Shown: positions 9,118 to 18,925, numbered from the stretch's first letter. The stretch: DNA of 64,000 bases from Candidatus Omnitrophota bacterium (GCA_043823435.1 JBDRAV010000002.1:61755-125754); one strand, 5' to 3'. Notes: generated by a model not told the origin, from the letters alone. Numbers and translations are program-made.

Positions 9118-11324
9118 TGAATATCAACCAGTTAAAGAAACCTTTAATTTTACTGATTGCCGGTTTTTGGTTACTGGCTATTATTACTTATGCCCAGGGC
9201 CAAAAGGATGAACCCATTATAATTAACGGGGATACGGTTGAATATCTGACCGAAGGCAAGGAGGTTACCGCTACAGGCAATGTCTCGGTAATCTATAAAG
9301 GCGCAAAGTTAAGCTGCCGTAAACTTACCATCAATACCCAGACCAAGGATGCCGAAGCCGAAGGCGAAGTGAGGCTGGAGGATAAAAAGGGTGTAATCGA
9401 AGGGGAAAAGGCAAAATATAATTTTCAGACCAAGACCGGGGTTATCATCGATGCCGAATTCAGGGCCAACCCTTATTTTGGCTGGTCGGAAGATGTCGAG
9501 AAGGTGAGCGAAAGCGAATTTATCGCCAGGCGCGGATATATGACCACCTGTGATTACGACAGGCCGCATTACCGCATAAAATCAGAGAAGATGGATATCT
9601 TCCCGGATGACAAGGTGCAGACCAAGGACGATGTTTTCTATGTAGGCCGCGTCCCCGTAATGTATATCCCTCAATACAACCAGAGCCTTAAGGACCCGTT
9701 TATGCATGTGCAGTTAGTGCCCGGTAAGAGCAAGGATTGGGGTATATATATGCTCAGCGCCTGGAGATACGATATTACCGACGATGTCAAGGGGAGGATT
9801 TATTTTGATTACCGTTCAAAGAAGGGGGTAGCTGAAGGGTTCGGGACAAACTACTCGACCTCTGAATTCGGCAGGGGGGATTTCAAGTATTATTATACGC
9901 AGGAGAGGGACCATAACCTTGATAAGAGCAATAGGGCTCCCAGGATATTCCAAAGGTATTTCATACGCTGGCGCCATAAAGCCGATATAGACGAACAGAC
10001 GAATTTCGTGGGCGAATATTACAAGATAACTGATTCTAAAATGGCGATTTATGGTTCAGAATACAGTTTCTTAAAAGATTATTTCTTACGCGAATACGAA
10101 AAAGCTGCCCAACCCCCATCTTATCTTTTATTCCACCATAGTTTCGCTTATTCGAGCCTGGACTTTCTTTTAGAGAAGCGCACTAACCGCTGGTATGACC
10201 CCGGATATCTGGAAAGCCTGCCGGAGATAAAATATAGCTTATCTTCTTTTCAACTCGGGGAGAGCCCATTTTACTTCGATAATAATTCTTCTTTTGGAAA
10301 TTACAATAAGAAGAATACCAGTACCATGACTCCCACTTTGAATAATACCAGCACATCAACGACCGATACGCACGTAAACAGGCTTGATACCAGCAATAAA
10401 TTATCATTGCCTATGAGAATAGCTTTTGTCAGCTTTACGCCGTACGTGATGAACCGGGAGACCTTTTATGACAAGAGGGCTTATGGCTCTAGCATGGCCC
10501 CGCGTACTGTTTTTTATAGCGGAGCTGACCTGAGCACTAAATTTTACCGTATATTTAACGTCCATACCAATCTCCTTGGTTTAGACCTGAACGGGTTGAG
10601 GCATATAATTACCCCTACCGTAGGTTACGCATTCAATCATGAGCCCTCTATTTCTAACGGCGAGTTAAGGCAGATAGACGAAGTGGAGCAGATTGCAAGA
10701 AATAACAGTGTTACCCTGGGGGTAACCAACAAACTGCAGACAAAGAGGAATAATCAGAGCGTAGATATCGCTAATCTAGATCTAACCACCAGTTATTCCC
10801 TTAAGCCTAAAAGCGGGACAAAGAGAGGAAGCAGCCTTTCGGACTTTCTTATCAAGCTGGAGCTCCTGCCGTATTCCTGGATGAGCATATATTCCGATGC
10901 TACTTATGTTCATTCCGGGCCGCGCGATAACGTGAATTACAACCGTTTTGCCAATGTGAACTATGGCCTTAATTTTAATTTTGGAGAAGAGCGCTCTTTC
11001 TCCGTCGGGCAGCGTTATCAGTTAAAAGGCGGGAATGAGATAACTTATGATCTGGAATGGCGCCTGAACCCTAAGTGGAAATTATCTGTTTACCAGAGAT
11101 ACAACAGGGGGCATGATCCGACCTTAATGAGGGGGTTGAGGGAGCAGGAGTATACCGTATCCCGGGATCTGCACTGCTGGGTTTGGGATATTACTTATAA
11201 CGTGAAGAGAGGGCACGGAGAAGCAATCTGGTTTATATTCAGGTTAAAGGCTTTCCCTGAAGTGGAATTTGAGTTTAATCAGAGTTACCATGAGCGTAAG
11301 CCGGGCTCTCAGTCCGGTCCATAA
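9117..11324 (+). CDS. lptD: LPS-assembly outer-membrane protein LptD
   Basis: Signal peptide, OstA-like beta-jellyroll, TTC motif, and a beta-barrel ending in RDLHCW. Confidence 0.8.
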   Translation: MNINQLKKPLILLIAGFWLLAIITYAQGQKDEPIIINGDTVEYLTEGKEVTATGNVSVIYKGAKLSCRKLTINTQTKDAEAEGEVRLEDKKGVIEGEKAKYNFQTKTGVIIDAEFRANPYFGWSEDVEKVSESEFIARRGYMTTCDYDRPHYRIKSEKMDIFPDDKVQTKDDVFYVGRVPVMYIPQYNQSLKDPFMHVQLVPGKSKDWGIYMLSAWRYDITDDVKGRIYFDYRSKKGVAEGFGTNYSTSEFGRGDFKYYYTQERDHNLDKSNRAPRIFQRYFIRWRHKADIDEQTNFVGEYYKITDSKMAIYGSEYSFLKDYFLREYEKAAQPPSYLLFHHSFAYSSLDFLLEKRTNRWYDPGYLESLPEIKYSLSSFQLGESPFYFDNNSSFGNYNKKNTSTMTPTLNNTSTSTTDTHVNRLDTSNKLSLPMRIAFVSFTPYVMNRETFYDKRAYGSSMAPRTVFYSGADLSTKFYRIFNVHTNLLGLDLNGLRHIITPTVGYAFNHEPSISNGELRQIDEVEQIARNNSVTLGVTNKLQTKRNNQSVDIANLDLTTSYSLKPKSGTKRGSSLSDFLIKLELLPYSWMSIYSDATYVHSGPRDNVNYNRFANVNYGLNFNFGEERSFSVGQRYQLKGGNEITYDLEWRLNPKWKLSVYQRYNRGHDPTLMRGLREQEYTVSRDLHCWVWDITYNVKRGHGEAIWFIFRLKAFPEVEFEFNQSYHERKPGSQSGP

Positions 11325-11351
11325 TTACCGCATTTTAATCCAAGGAGCTAT

Positions 11352-12656
11352 ATGAATATCTCAATAATCGGCACCGGTTATGTAGGCTTGGTAACAGGCG
11401 CCTGCTTTGCGGAATCAGGGAATAGCGTTATCTGCGCCGATAATAATAAGGGCAAGATCGCAGACCTTAAAAAGGGCATTATTCCCATATATGAACCCGG
11501 GTTGGAAGAGATGGTAAGGGTTAATGTCAAAAAGAAGAGACTCTTCTTTACCACCAGCATTAAAGATGCCGTAGATAACTCCGAGGTGATATTTATCGCC
11601 GTAGGGACTCCTTCCATGGATAACGGCGAGGCAGACCTCACCGGAGTTGAGAACGTGGCCCGTAATATAGCGATGAATTTAAGGCGTTACCGCCTTATCG
11701 TCGAGAAATCCACGGTGCCGGTTGAAACCGGGAAATGGGTTAAGCATACCATCTCCACGTACATCAAGCGCAATGTAAAATTTGACATCGCCTCAAATCC
11801 TGAATTCCTGAGAGAGGGGCAGGCGATCAGTGATTTTATGCATCCGGACAGGATTGTCATCGGGGTGGAATCAAAGAAGGCGAGGGATATCCTGGTAAGC
11901 CTGTATAAACCTTTGAACGCCCCGATAGTTATCACCGATATTAAGTCCGCAGAATTGATCAAACACGCTTCTAATTCTTACCTCGCGACCAAGATATCAT
12001 TCATTAACGCCATCTCCCGCGTGTGCGAGAAAGTCGGAGCTGATATAATAGAAGTCGCGCAGGGTATGGGTATGGATAAAAGGATCGGCCCTGCTTTCCT
12101 GAAAGCAGGCGTAGGATACGGCGGTTCCTGTTTCCCTAAAGACGTCGACGCTTTTATCAACATAACGGAAAAATTAGGCTGCAGTTTTGACCTGCTTAAG
12201 GAAGTCAGAAGGATCAATATGCAGCAGAGTGATTTCTTTATAAACAAGATCAAGGACGCGCTGTGGATAATCAAAGATAAGTCCATAGGCATACTGGGGT
12301 TGTCATTTAAGCCTAATACCGACGATATCCGTAATGCCCCTTCCATAGAGATAATCCGGGCGCTGCAATCGGAAGGTGCAAAAGTAAAGGTTTATGATCC
12401 TTCCGCAACAGCAAAGACCCTCCAGGCTATAGGCAAGGTCAGGTTCTGCAAGGACCCTTATGAGGCCTGTAAAGGGAGCGATTGTTTATTGATTGTTACG
12501 GAGTGGAATGAGTTTAAGGAGCTGGATTTCTCCAGGGTCAGGAGATTGCTGAAGAGGCCCCTTATCATAGACGGCCGCAATATTTATGACCCCCAGAGAA
12601 TAAAGAAATTAGGTTTTACTTATATCGGGATAGGCAGAAGGGGCACTCCTAAATGA
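11352..12656 (+). CDS. ugd: UDP-glucose 6-dehydrogenase
   Basis: GTGYVGL, NPEFLREG, GYGGSCFPKD and FKPNTDD. Confidence 0.93.
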   Translation: MNISIIGTGYVGLVTGACFAESGNSVICADNNKGKIADLKKGIIPIYEPGLEEMVRVNVKKKRLFFTTSIKDAVDNSEVIFIAVGTPSMDNGEADLTGVENVARNIAMNLRRYRLIVEKSTVPVETGKWVKHTISTYIKRNVKFDIASNPEFLREGQAISDFMHPDRIVIGVESKKARDILVSLYKPLNAPIVITDIKSAELIKHASNSYLATKISFINAISRVCEKVGADIIEVAQGMGMDKRIGPAFLKAGVGYGGSCFPKDVDAFINITEKLGCSFDLLKEVRRINMQQSDFFINKIKDALWIIKDKSIGILGLSFKPNTDDIRNAPSIEIIRALQSEGAKVKVYDPSATAKTLQAIGKVRFCKDPYEACKGSDCLLIVTEWNEFKELDFSRVRRLLKRPLIIDGRNIYDPQRIKKLGFTYIGIGRRGTPK

Positions 12657-13984
12657 CAACAGGGCATAAGACCATGTACAATCATATACGGGATTTTAAA
12701 AAAAGGGTTAACAGAAAAGAAGTCAGGATAGCGGTTGTAGGCCTGGGCTATGTAGGGTTACCGCTGGCTGTTGAGTTTGCCGGGAGCGGCTTTAAAGTCT
12801 TGGGCATAGAGATAGATAAGGACAGGCTAAACTACATTAAAAAGAAGGAGTCTTATATCAATGATGTGCCCACAAAAGATTTGAAGCGGGTATTGCGCTT
12901 GAATAAATTCAGGGCTAGCGCAGACTTCGGTGCCTTAAGATGGGTTGACGTAATTATTATTTGCGTACCTACTCCCTTAAAGAGGAGATACTATCCTGAT
13001 ATCTCATATATAAAACAGGCGGTTAATTCTATAGCCGGCAATATCCGTAAAGGCGCCCTGGTTGTCCTAGAGAGCACTACTTATCCGGGTACGACTGATG
13101 AAGTAATACGCCCGCTTCTGGAGACCGGGGGGTTAAGGTGCGGCAGGGATTTTTATCTTGCGTTCTCTCCCGAGCGCATCGATCCCGGCAACGCAAGGTA
13201 CCCGGTGTGCAAGATCCCTAAAATCATCGGAGGGGTAACCCCGGAGGCGACGGAATTGACTAAGGCCGTGTACGGGAAGATCATCAACAAGGTGGTTCCG
13301 GTATCATCGGCCAGGGTCGCCGAGGCTGCTAAGCTTCTGGAAAATACATTCCGATTGATAAATATAGGCCTTATAGACGAGTTGGCAATGATGGCAGACC
13401 AGATGAAGATAGATATATGGGAAGTGATCAGGGCGGCAAAAACAAAGCCTTTTGGTTTCATGGCTTTTTATCCCGGCCCCGGCGTAGGGGGGCATTGCAT
13501 ACCCAAGGACCCGCTCTATCTCTATTGGAAGGCGAAGCGCCATGGTTTTAATTCCCGTTTTATAAAATTAGCTTCAGATATCATCACCTATATGCCCGGA
13601 TACGTGGCCAAAAGGGTTATCAGGATATTGGAGAAGAAAGGAAAGAAACTGAATGAAATGAAGGTCCTGGTCATAGGCGTTACCTATAAAAAAGACATAA
13701 AGGATTTAAGGAAATCGCCGTCGCTGGATATAATCGATATTTTGCAGAAAAAGAAGGTATCCGTATCCTATTATGACCCGATAATTCCCTTCCTTAAATT
13801 CAATCATACAGACCTTAAGTCCATAAAGATGGATAAGCACCAGTTAAACAAGTTTGATTGCGCGATAATAGCGGTGGACCATTCTGCGCTGGATTACAAG
13901 TTTATACTGGATAACTCCAAAGTTATCTTTGATGCGCGCAATGCCTATAATAATTTTAAGGACGACAGGATAATAAAGCTATGA
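12653..13984 (+). CDS. Nucleotide-sugar (UDP-HexNAc) dehydrogenase, WbpA/WecC-like
   Basis: GLGYVGLPLA, ESTTYPGTT, FSPERIDPG and GVGGHCIP. Confidence 0.9.
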   Translation: MTTGHKTMYNHIRDFKKRVNRKEVRIAVVGLGYVGLPLAVEFAGSGFKVLGIEIDKDRLNYIKKKESYINDVPTKDLKRVLRLNKFRASADFGALRWVDVIIICVPTPLKRRYYPDISYIKQAVNSIAGNIRKGALVVLESTTYPGTTDEVIRPLLETGGLRCGRDFYLAFSPERIDPGNARYPVCKIPKIIGGVTPEATELTKAVYGKIINKVVPVSSARVAEAAKLLENTFRLINIGLIDELAMMADQMKIDIWEVIRAAKTKPFGFMAFYPGPGVGGHCIPKDPLYLYWKAKRHGFNSRFIKLASDIITYMPGYVAKRVIRILEKKGKKLNEMKVLVIGVTYKKDIKDLRKSPSLDIIDILQKKKVSVSYYDPIIPFLKFNHTDLKSIKMDKHQLNKFDCAIIAVDHSALDYKFILDNSKVIFDARNAYNNFKDDRIIKL

Positions 13985-14913
13985 GTAGATTCCTGGTAAC
14001 CGGAGGCGCCGGTTTTATCGGTTCTCATATTGCCGAGAGATTAGCCAAGAGCAAGCATTTTGTAAGGGTGCTGGATAATTTCTCAAGCGGCAGAATGGAG
14101 AATCTCGGGGGTATAGCGGACAAGATAGAGTTAATCCGGGGGGATATCCGCTCCAAGGCTACCTGTGTCCGCGCTACCCGTGGCGTTGATTTCATCCTGC
14201 ATCAGGCAGCTTTAAGGAGCGTGCCGAAATCTATGAAGAACCCGGGAGAATATAACGAGGTGAATATAGGCGGTACGCTGAATATGTTGGAGGCATCTTT
14301 AAGAAACAAAGCAAGGTGTTTTGTCTTTGCCTCTTCCAGCTCTGTCTACGGGCAGGTAAATAAATTTCCGCAGAAAGAACTCTTTTTGCCCCAACCCATT
14401 TCACCTTATGCATTGACCAAACTGGCAGGCGAGCATTATTGCCGGATGTTCAGCCGTCACTATGGCCTGCCTACGGTGTCCCTGCGTTATTTTAACGTCT
14501 TCGGGCCAAGGCAGTCCCTGGACGACGAATACGCCGTGGTTATCCCGAAATTTATCAACTGTATATTGAATGACAATCCGCCTCCCGTATACGGGAACGG
14601 AAGGCAATCGCGGGATTTTACTTATATCGATAATGTCGTATCGGCAAATATCCTCTCCGCAAGAAGAGCCGGGCCTTGCGCCATGGTCTTTAATGTAGGC
14701 TGCGGAAAAAATTATACCGTCCTTGAATTGGTCAGGGTGCTGAATAAAATAATGCTCAAGGATATAAGGCCGGTTTTCTTGAAGTCGCGGCCGGGGGACG
14801 TATTTAAAACGCTGGCGGATATATCAACGATAAGGAAGAGGCTCGGCTATAAGCCGGGAATAGATTTTATAAAAGGATTGGAATTAACGATAAAATATTT
14901 CAAAGATGCGTAA
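13981..14913 (+). CDS. NAD-dependent sugar epimerase (WbpP-like)
   Basis: [14 protein letters not shown] and [11 protein letters not shown]. Confidence 0.9.
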   Translation: MSRFLVTGGAGFIGSHIAERLAKSKHFVRVLDNFSSGRMENLGGIADKIELIRGDIRSKATCVRATRGVDFILHQAALRSVPKSMKNPGEYNEVNIGGTLNMLEASLRNKARCFVFASSSSVYGQVNKFPQKELFLPQPISPYALTKLAGEHYCRMFSRHYGLPTVSLRYFNVFGPRQSLDDEYAVVIPKFINCILNDNPPPVYGNGRQSRDFTYIDNVVSANILSARRAGPCAMVFNVGCGKNYTVLELVRVLNKIMLKDIRPVFLKSRPGDVFKTLADISTIRKRLGYKPGIDFIKGLELTIKYFKDA

Positions 14914-15859
14914 GAAGACCGCTGTGATTACCGGAGGCGCCGGATTTATAGGTTCGCACCTATGCGATAAACTGATCACAGAAGGCTTCAGGGTTATCTG
15001 CCTTGACAATTTTATCACCAGCAGTATCGCTAATGTAAGGCATCTGCTTAAGTGCAAGAATTTCCACTTTATAAAACATGATGTTTCGCGGTATATCAAT
15101 ATAGCCGGAAAAGTTGACTATATCCTGCATTTTGCTTCTCCGGCTTCCCCGCAGGATTACCTTAAATTCCCTATTCAGACGCTGAAGGTGGGTTCCCTCG
15201 GCACGCATAACGCCCTGGGCTTAGCCAAGAAGAAGAGGGCAAGGTTTCTGCTCGCTTCCACATCCGAAGTCTACGGCGATCCCCTGGTGCATCCCCAGCC
15301 TGAATCATACTGGGGCAATGTAAATCCGGTGGGCGTAAGGGGTTGTTATGATGAGGCAAAGCGTTTCTCCGAGGCTATTACTATGGCATACCGCAGGGAG
15401 CACCGGTTAGCTACAAAGATTGTAAGGATCTTTAATACGTACGGGCCCCGTATGAGGCTAAACGACGGCAGGGTTGTCCCCAACTTTATATATCAGGCTA
15501 TAAACAACAAGCCGATAACTGTATACGGAACCGGCAGGCAGACTCGGTCATTCTGTTACGTAAGCGATTTAATAGAAGGTATATATAAACTGGCACTCTC
15601 CGATATTAATGAACCGGTGAATCTGGGGAATACCCACGAATTTAGCGTTATAAAATTAGCCAATATTATATTGAAATTGGCAGGGGTAAGGAGCAGGCTT
15701 GTGTTCAGGCCCCTGCTTGCTGATGATCCTAAACAGAGGCAGCCGGATATCTCGCGGGCAAAAATGATCCTAAGATGGAAGCCCACAATAGAATTGGAGG
15801 AGGGGTTAAAGATAACGATAGACTGGTTTAGAGGCAATTCAGATTCAGTGAAGGCTTGA
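14906..15859 (+). CDS. UDP-glucuronate decarboxylase (UDP-xylose synthase)
   Basis: [29 protein letters not shown] and [10 protein letters not shown]. Confidence 0.92.
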   Translation: MRKKTAVITGGAGFIGSHLCDKLITEGFRVICLDNFITSSIANVRHLLKCKNFHFIKHDVSRYINIAGKVDYILHFASPASPQDYLKFPIQTLKVGSLGTHNALGLAKKKRARFLLASTSEVYGDPLVHPQPESYWGNVNPVGVRGCYDEAKRFSEAITMAYRREHRLATKIVRIFNTYGPRMRLNDGRVVPNFIYQAINNKPITVYGTGRQTRSFCYVSDLIEGIYKLALSDINEPVNLGNTHEFSVIKLANIILKLAGVRSRLVFRPLLADDPKQRQPDISRAKMILRWKPTIELEEGLKITIDWFRGNSDSVKA

Positions 15860-15904
15860 AAAGCGGCGTATATTTTAATCTTATAAATTAATCAGAAAGA
15901 AGCT

Positions 15905-16000
15905 ATCGGCTTGAATCCGAAAAGATAAATTCAGGGTGACCTGGGGGCACAAAGCCGCGCATCCTCGCTTGAGATGAAGGGCGGGCTACCCCCCCGAAGA
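15905..16000 (+). ncRNA. Cyclic di-GMP-I (GEMM) riboswitch aptamer
   Basis: GATAAA-TTCAGG-GTGA(GNRA)-CCTGGG-GGCACAAAGCC-G-CGC...G-GCG-GGCTACC matches the GEMM P2/P3 pattern; it lies upstream of a pilin gene. Confidence 0.8.
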
Positions 16001-16012
16001 TCCTAAGCGTTT

Positions 16013-16043
16013 AAACCCCAGGTAGAGCTTACCTAGGGTTTTT
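16013..16043 (+). terminator. Intrinsic terminator (riboswitch expression platform)
   Basis: AAACCCCAGGTA...TACCTAGGGTTTTT hairpin ending in a T tract. Confidence 0.75.
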
Positions 16044-16047
16044 GTGC

Positions 16048-16076
16048 TTGACAAATAGAAAGGGGGGTGCTATAAA
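16048..16076 (+). promoter_or_regulatory. sigma70 promoter with extended -10 upstream of the pilin
   Basis: TTGACA-17 bp-(TGc)TATAAA. Confidence 0.75.
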
Positions 16077-16238
16077 ACTTACGTAGGCAATAAGGTGACA
16101 TGCGCTCTTTCAGGCTTGCTTCAACCGGCGGGAAGCCAGGCAGTTATAATTTTTTAGAGCGTCATAAATAGTGCTAGGAAGCAGGCATAAGGCGTTAAAT
16201 GGTCAGTCATACCTTAGGAGGGGGGGGAAAATAATAAG

Positions 16239-16679
16239 ATGAGAAAGAAAGGTTTTACCATTGTTGAATTCATGATAGTCGTAGCTATAATTGCTCTCTT
16301 AGCAGCATTAGCCATACCTAACCTGATAAAGCAGAGGATAACCGCTAACGAGTCAACAGCAGAGGTGACCTTAAGGACTATTTCTACGGCCTTTGAGAGG
16401 TATGCTGAGGCAAATAACGGACAGTATCCTACGGATGTGGCTGCTCAGTTGATAGATGCAAGTCCGCCATATCTTAATGAAAATTATTTTATTAAATGTG
16501 TTGCTGCTACACCGTGCTCTGGTTATGTATATGTTGTTTCCGGGTCTCTTGCTACTACAGGTTATACAATTACCGCAAAGCCCGTAAACTGCACTACTTC
16601 CGGGACAAAGAGTTATCAGTTAACTACCGGTAGCGTGCTTTCTACTGATGTAAGCTGCACTGCCGCCCCCGGCAGTTAA
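16239..16679 (+). CDS. Type IV pilin (prepilin N-methylation motif)
   Basis: KKG/FTIVEFMIVVAIIALLAALAIPN leader, four C-terminal-half cysteines and a strong SD. Confidence 0.92.
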   Translation: MRKKGFTIVEFMIVVAIIALLAALAIPNLIKQRITANESTAEVTLRTISTAFERYAEANNGQYPTDVAAQLIDASPPYLNENYFIKCVAATPCSGYVYVVSGSLATTGYTITAKPVNCTTSGTKSYQLTTGSVLSTDVSCTAAPGS

Positions 16680-16704
16680 TTCTGGTTTAAAGTGATTTTG
16701 TTTT

Positions 16705-16747
16705 AAGAAAAGGGCAAAAGATAAAATCTTTCGCCCTTTTTTCTTTT
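16705..16747 (+). terminator. Intrinsic (possibly bidirectional) terminator after the pilin
   Basis: AAGAAAAGGGC-AAAAGAT...ATCTTTC-GCCCTTTTTTCTT. Confidence 0.8.
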
Positions 16748-16800
16748 AATGAGCACGCGGCTTATGGTATGAAATAAACATAAGCCACAGTGCGAATTAA
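16746..16800 (+). repeat. 55-bp TTAA-bounded tandem-GA hairpin element (copy B)
   Basis: TTAATGAGCACGCGGCTTATGGTAT-GAAA-TAAACATAAGCCACAGTGCGAATTAA. Confidence 0.8.
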
Positions 16801-16837
16801 TCCCCTGTTATTTTAAAGTGGCGCAGAAAAATCCGTA

Positions 16838-16910
16838 TATGCAATTTACGTCTACTTCCCGCTGACTATAACTCCTATTCAGAGGAGCGGGGCGTTGCGT
16901 AAATTGTGCA
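16838..16910. repeat. Imperfect long hairpin
   Basis: TGCAATTTACG...CCCGCT...AGCGGG...CGTAAATTGTG. Confidence 0.55.
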
Positions 16911-16926
16911 GTTAGATCTTTTTTTC

Positions 16927-16955
16927 TTGACTAATCCTTCATACTAACTTACAAT
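16927..16955 (+). promoter_or_regulatory. sigma70 promoter
   Basis: TTGACT-17 bp-TACAAT. Confidence 0.75.
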
Positions 16956-16980
16956 ACCACTTATAGATATGAAAAAAGGA

Positions 16981-17151
16981 GCCAGTTTCTTCATCTTTGA
17001 ACAGTACAGAAGAACAAGTAAAATATCTCAACCCTTTGGCCGGGCTCAGGTTGTCGGAGCTTCGTTATATTAGTAGCAGGGCTGAGTGGGTTCGCGATTG
17101 ATCCCGGGAAAGACGCCGGGGGAACAAAATGAAGAACAATAAATATCTGGC
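16981..17151 (+). ncRNA. Candidate structured RNA (6S-like, or leader of the RNase E/G operon)
   Basis: Closing stem GCCAG/CTGGC and TTCTTCAT/ATGAAGAA, A-rich bubble, inner stem CTCAACCCT/AGGGCTGAG and side hairpin CCCGG/CCGGG. Confidence 0.5.
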
Positions 17152-17172
17152 AGTAATCCCCGCTCAAATTTT

Positions 17173-17505
17173 ATGGCTATAAGATTTACTTTTATTTTTT
17201 CCAAGAAGGGCAGAATGAGATTTATATCCCATTTAGACCTGATGCGTTTATTTATGCGCGCGGTGCGAAGGGCAGAGTTGCCGGTGAAGATGACCGAAGG
17301 GTTCAGCCCCCATCCAAAGTTCAGTATTAAAAGGGCCTTAAAGCTGGGTATAGAAAGCGATAACGAGGAAGCAGCGTTTGTTTTAAGGGAGCAGGTTAGT
17401 CTCCCGGATTTTAAGCAGAGATTACAAAAAGAATTGCCCGAAGGAATACATATACGGGAAGTGCATAGTGAGGTAAAAGAGGATGTCCAAAGAAATCTTA
17501 ATTAA
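17173..17505 (+). CDS. DUF2344 / radical SAM-linked protein
   Basis: RFISHLDLMRLFMRAVRRAELPV...EGFSPHPK signature. Confidence 0.9.
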   Translation: MAIRFTFIFSKKGRMRFISHLDLMRLFMRAVRRAELPVKMTEGFSPHPKFSIKRALKLGIESDNEEAAFVLREQVSLPDFKQRLQKELPEGIHIREVHSEVKEDVQRNLN

Positions 17506-18925
17506 CATCGAATCACAGGAAAAGCGGTCTGCCATAGTCAATGCCGGACGCCTGGAAGAATTTTATATTGAACGTCCGCAGGATAAGACTATTGTCGGCA
17601 ATATCTATAAGGGCAAGATTGAAGCGGCCCTGCCTTCAATCGGAGCGGCATTCGTAGATATAGGACTGCCTAAAAAGGGTTTCCTTTATTTATCAGAGAT
17701 AGAATATTCTTTTGAGTCCCTGGAGACCCAAAGCCCCAGCAAGATGGATCAGATAAAAAAGGGGCAGGAGGTCCTGGTGCAGGTGGTGAAAGAATCGTTC
17801 GGGACCAAGGGCCCGCGTTTATCCTGTCATATCGGCTTGGCCGGAAGGTATTTAGTGCTTATGCCGCAGGAGAACCAGGTTGGAGTCTCAAGAAGAATAG
17901 AAGACGATGAAGAAAGAAAACGCCTTAGAAGGGTACTTTCAGAGTTGAAATTAGCGAAGGACGTAGGTTTTATCGTGCGCACAGCAGCCTCGGGAAGGTC
18001 AAAACGGGAACTGCAGAGGGATGCTGATTTCTTGACTAAATTGTGGAAGAGGCTGGAGAAGATCGCGCAGAGCAAGAAGGCCCCTGCCCTTGTTTATGAA
18101 GAGTATGATTTGACGCTCAGGGTGATAAGGGACTCCTTTACCGAAGACGTTTCCAAGTTGATAGTGGATTCAAAGACCGAGTATTACAGGATACAGAATT
18201 TTATGAGGACATTCCTGAATTATTTAAGGAATAAGGTAGAATTATACCGGGGCGATAACCTCTTCGAGGATAAGGATATCGAAAGACAGGTTAATAAGAT
18301 CTTTGAGGCCAGGGTCTATTTAAAATCAAAGGGTTACCTTATCATCGAGCCTACCGAAGGTCTGGTAGTTATCGACGTAAACAGCGGGGGTTTCGCTAAG
18401 AAGCTGAATCAGGAGGATACGGCGTTCAAGGTAAATTGCGAAGCGGCTGTGGAGGCTGCCCGTCAACTGATCCTGCGCGATTTAGGGGGCATAATCGTTA
18501 TAGATTTCATAGACATGGAGAGGGAGAATCACCGCAGAGAGGTCCTGAACATATTAAAAAAGTCGTTGAATAACGACAGGGCAAAATTTGATATCCTGGG
18601 CATCTCCAAGTTCGGGCTGGTAGAGATGACGCGTGAGCGTATACATAGGACAGTACACACCATTTCTTACCAGGCATGCCCCTATTGCCAGGGTAAGGGC
18701 AAGGTCAAGTCCCCGGTTACCATGTCTATTTATGCACTTAAAGAGCTGAAAAGATTCTTAAAAGGAAAGTCCTTAAGACAGGTAAATATTACCCTAAACC
18801 CTGCCGTAATCGACGAGCTCCTGAAGGATAGGGATAGCCTGAACATTATTGAACGCAAGTTCAAAACAAGCATTAACTTCATATCCGATCCTTTATCGCA
18901 CGCCGATGAGATAAAGATACATTAA
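17483..18925 (+). CDS. Ribonuclease E/G family
   Basis: GNIYKG, AFVDIG S1 domain, IDVNSG, LRDLGGIIVIDFIDM and CPYCQGKG. Confidence 0.95.
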   Translation: MSKEILINIESQEKRSAIVNAGRLEEFYIERPQDKTIVGNIYKGKIEAALPSIGAAFVDIGLPKKGFLYLSEIEYSFESLETQSPSKMDQIKKGQEVLVQVVKESFGTKGPRLSCHIGLAGRYLVLMPQENQVGVSRRIEDDEERKRLRRVLSELKLAKDVGFIVRTAASGRSKRELQRDADFLTKLWKRLEKIAQSKKAPALVYEEYDLTLRVIRDSFTEDVSKLIVDSKTEYYRIQNFMRTFLNYLRNKVELYRGDNLFEDKDIERQVNKIFEARVYLKSKGYLIIEPTEGLVVIDVNSGGFAKKLNQEDTAFKVNCEAAVEAARQLILRDLGGIIVIDFIDMERENHRREVLNILKKSLNNDRAKFDILGISKFGLVEMTRERIHRTVHTISYQACPYCQGKGKVKSPVTMSIYALKELKRFLKGKSLRQVNITLNPAVIDELLKDRDSLNIIERKFKTSINFISDPLSHADEIKIH

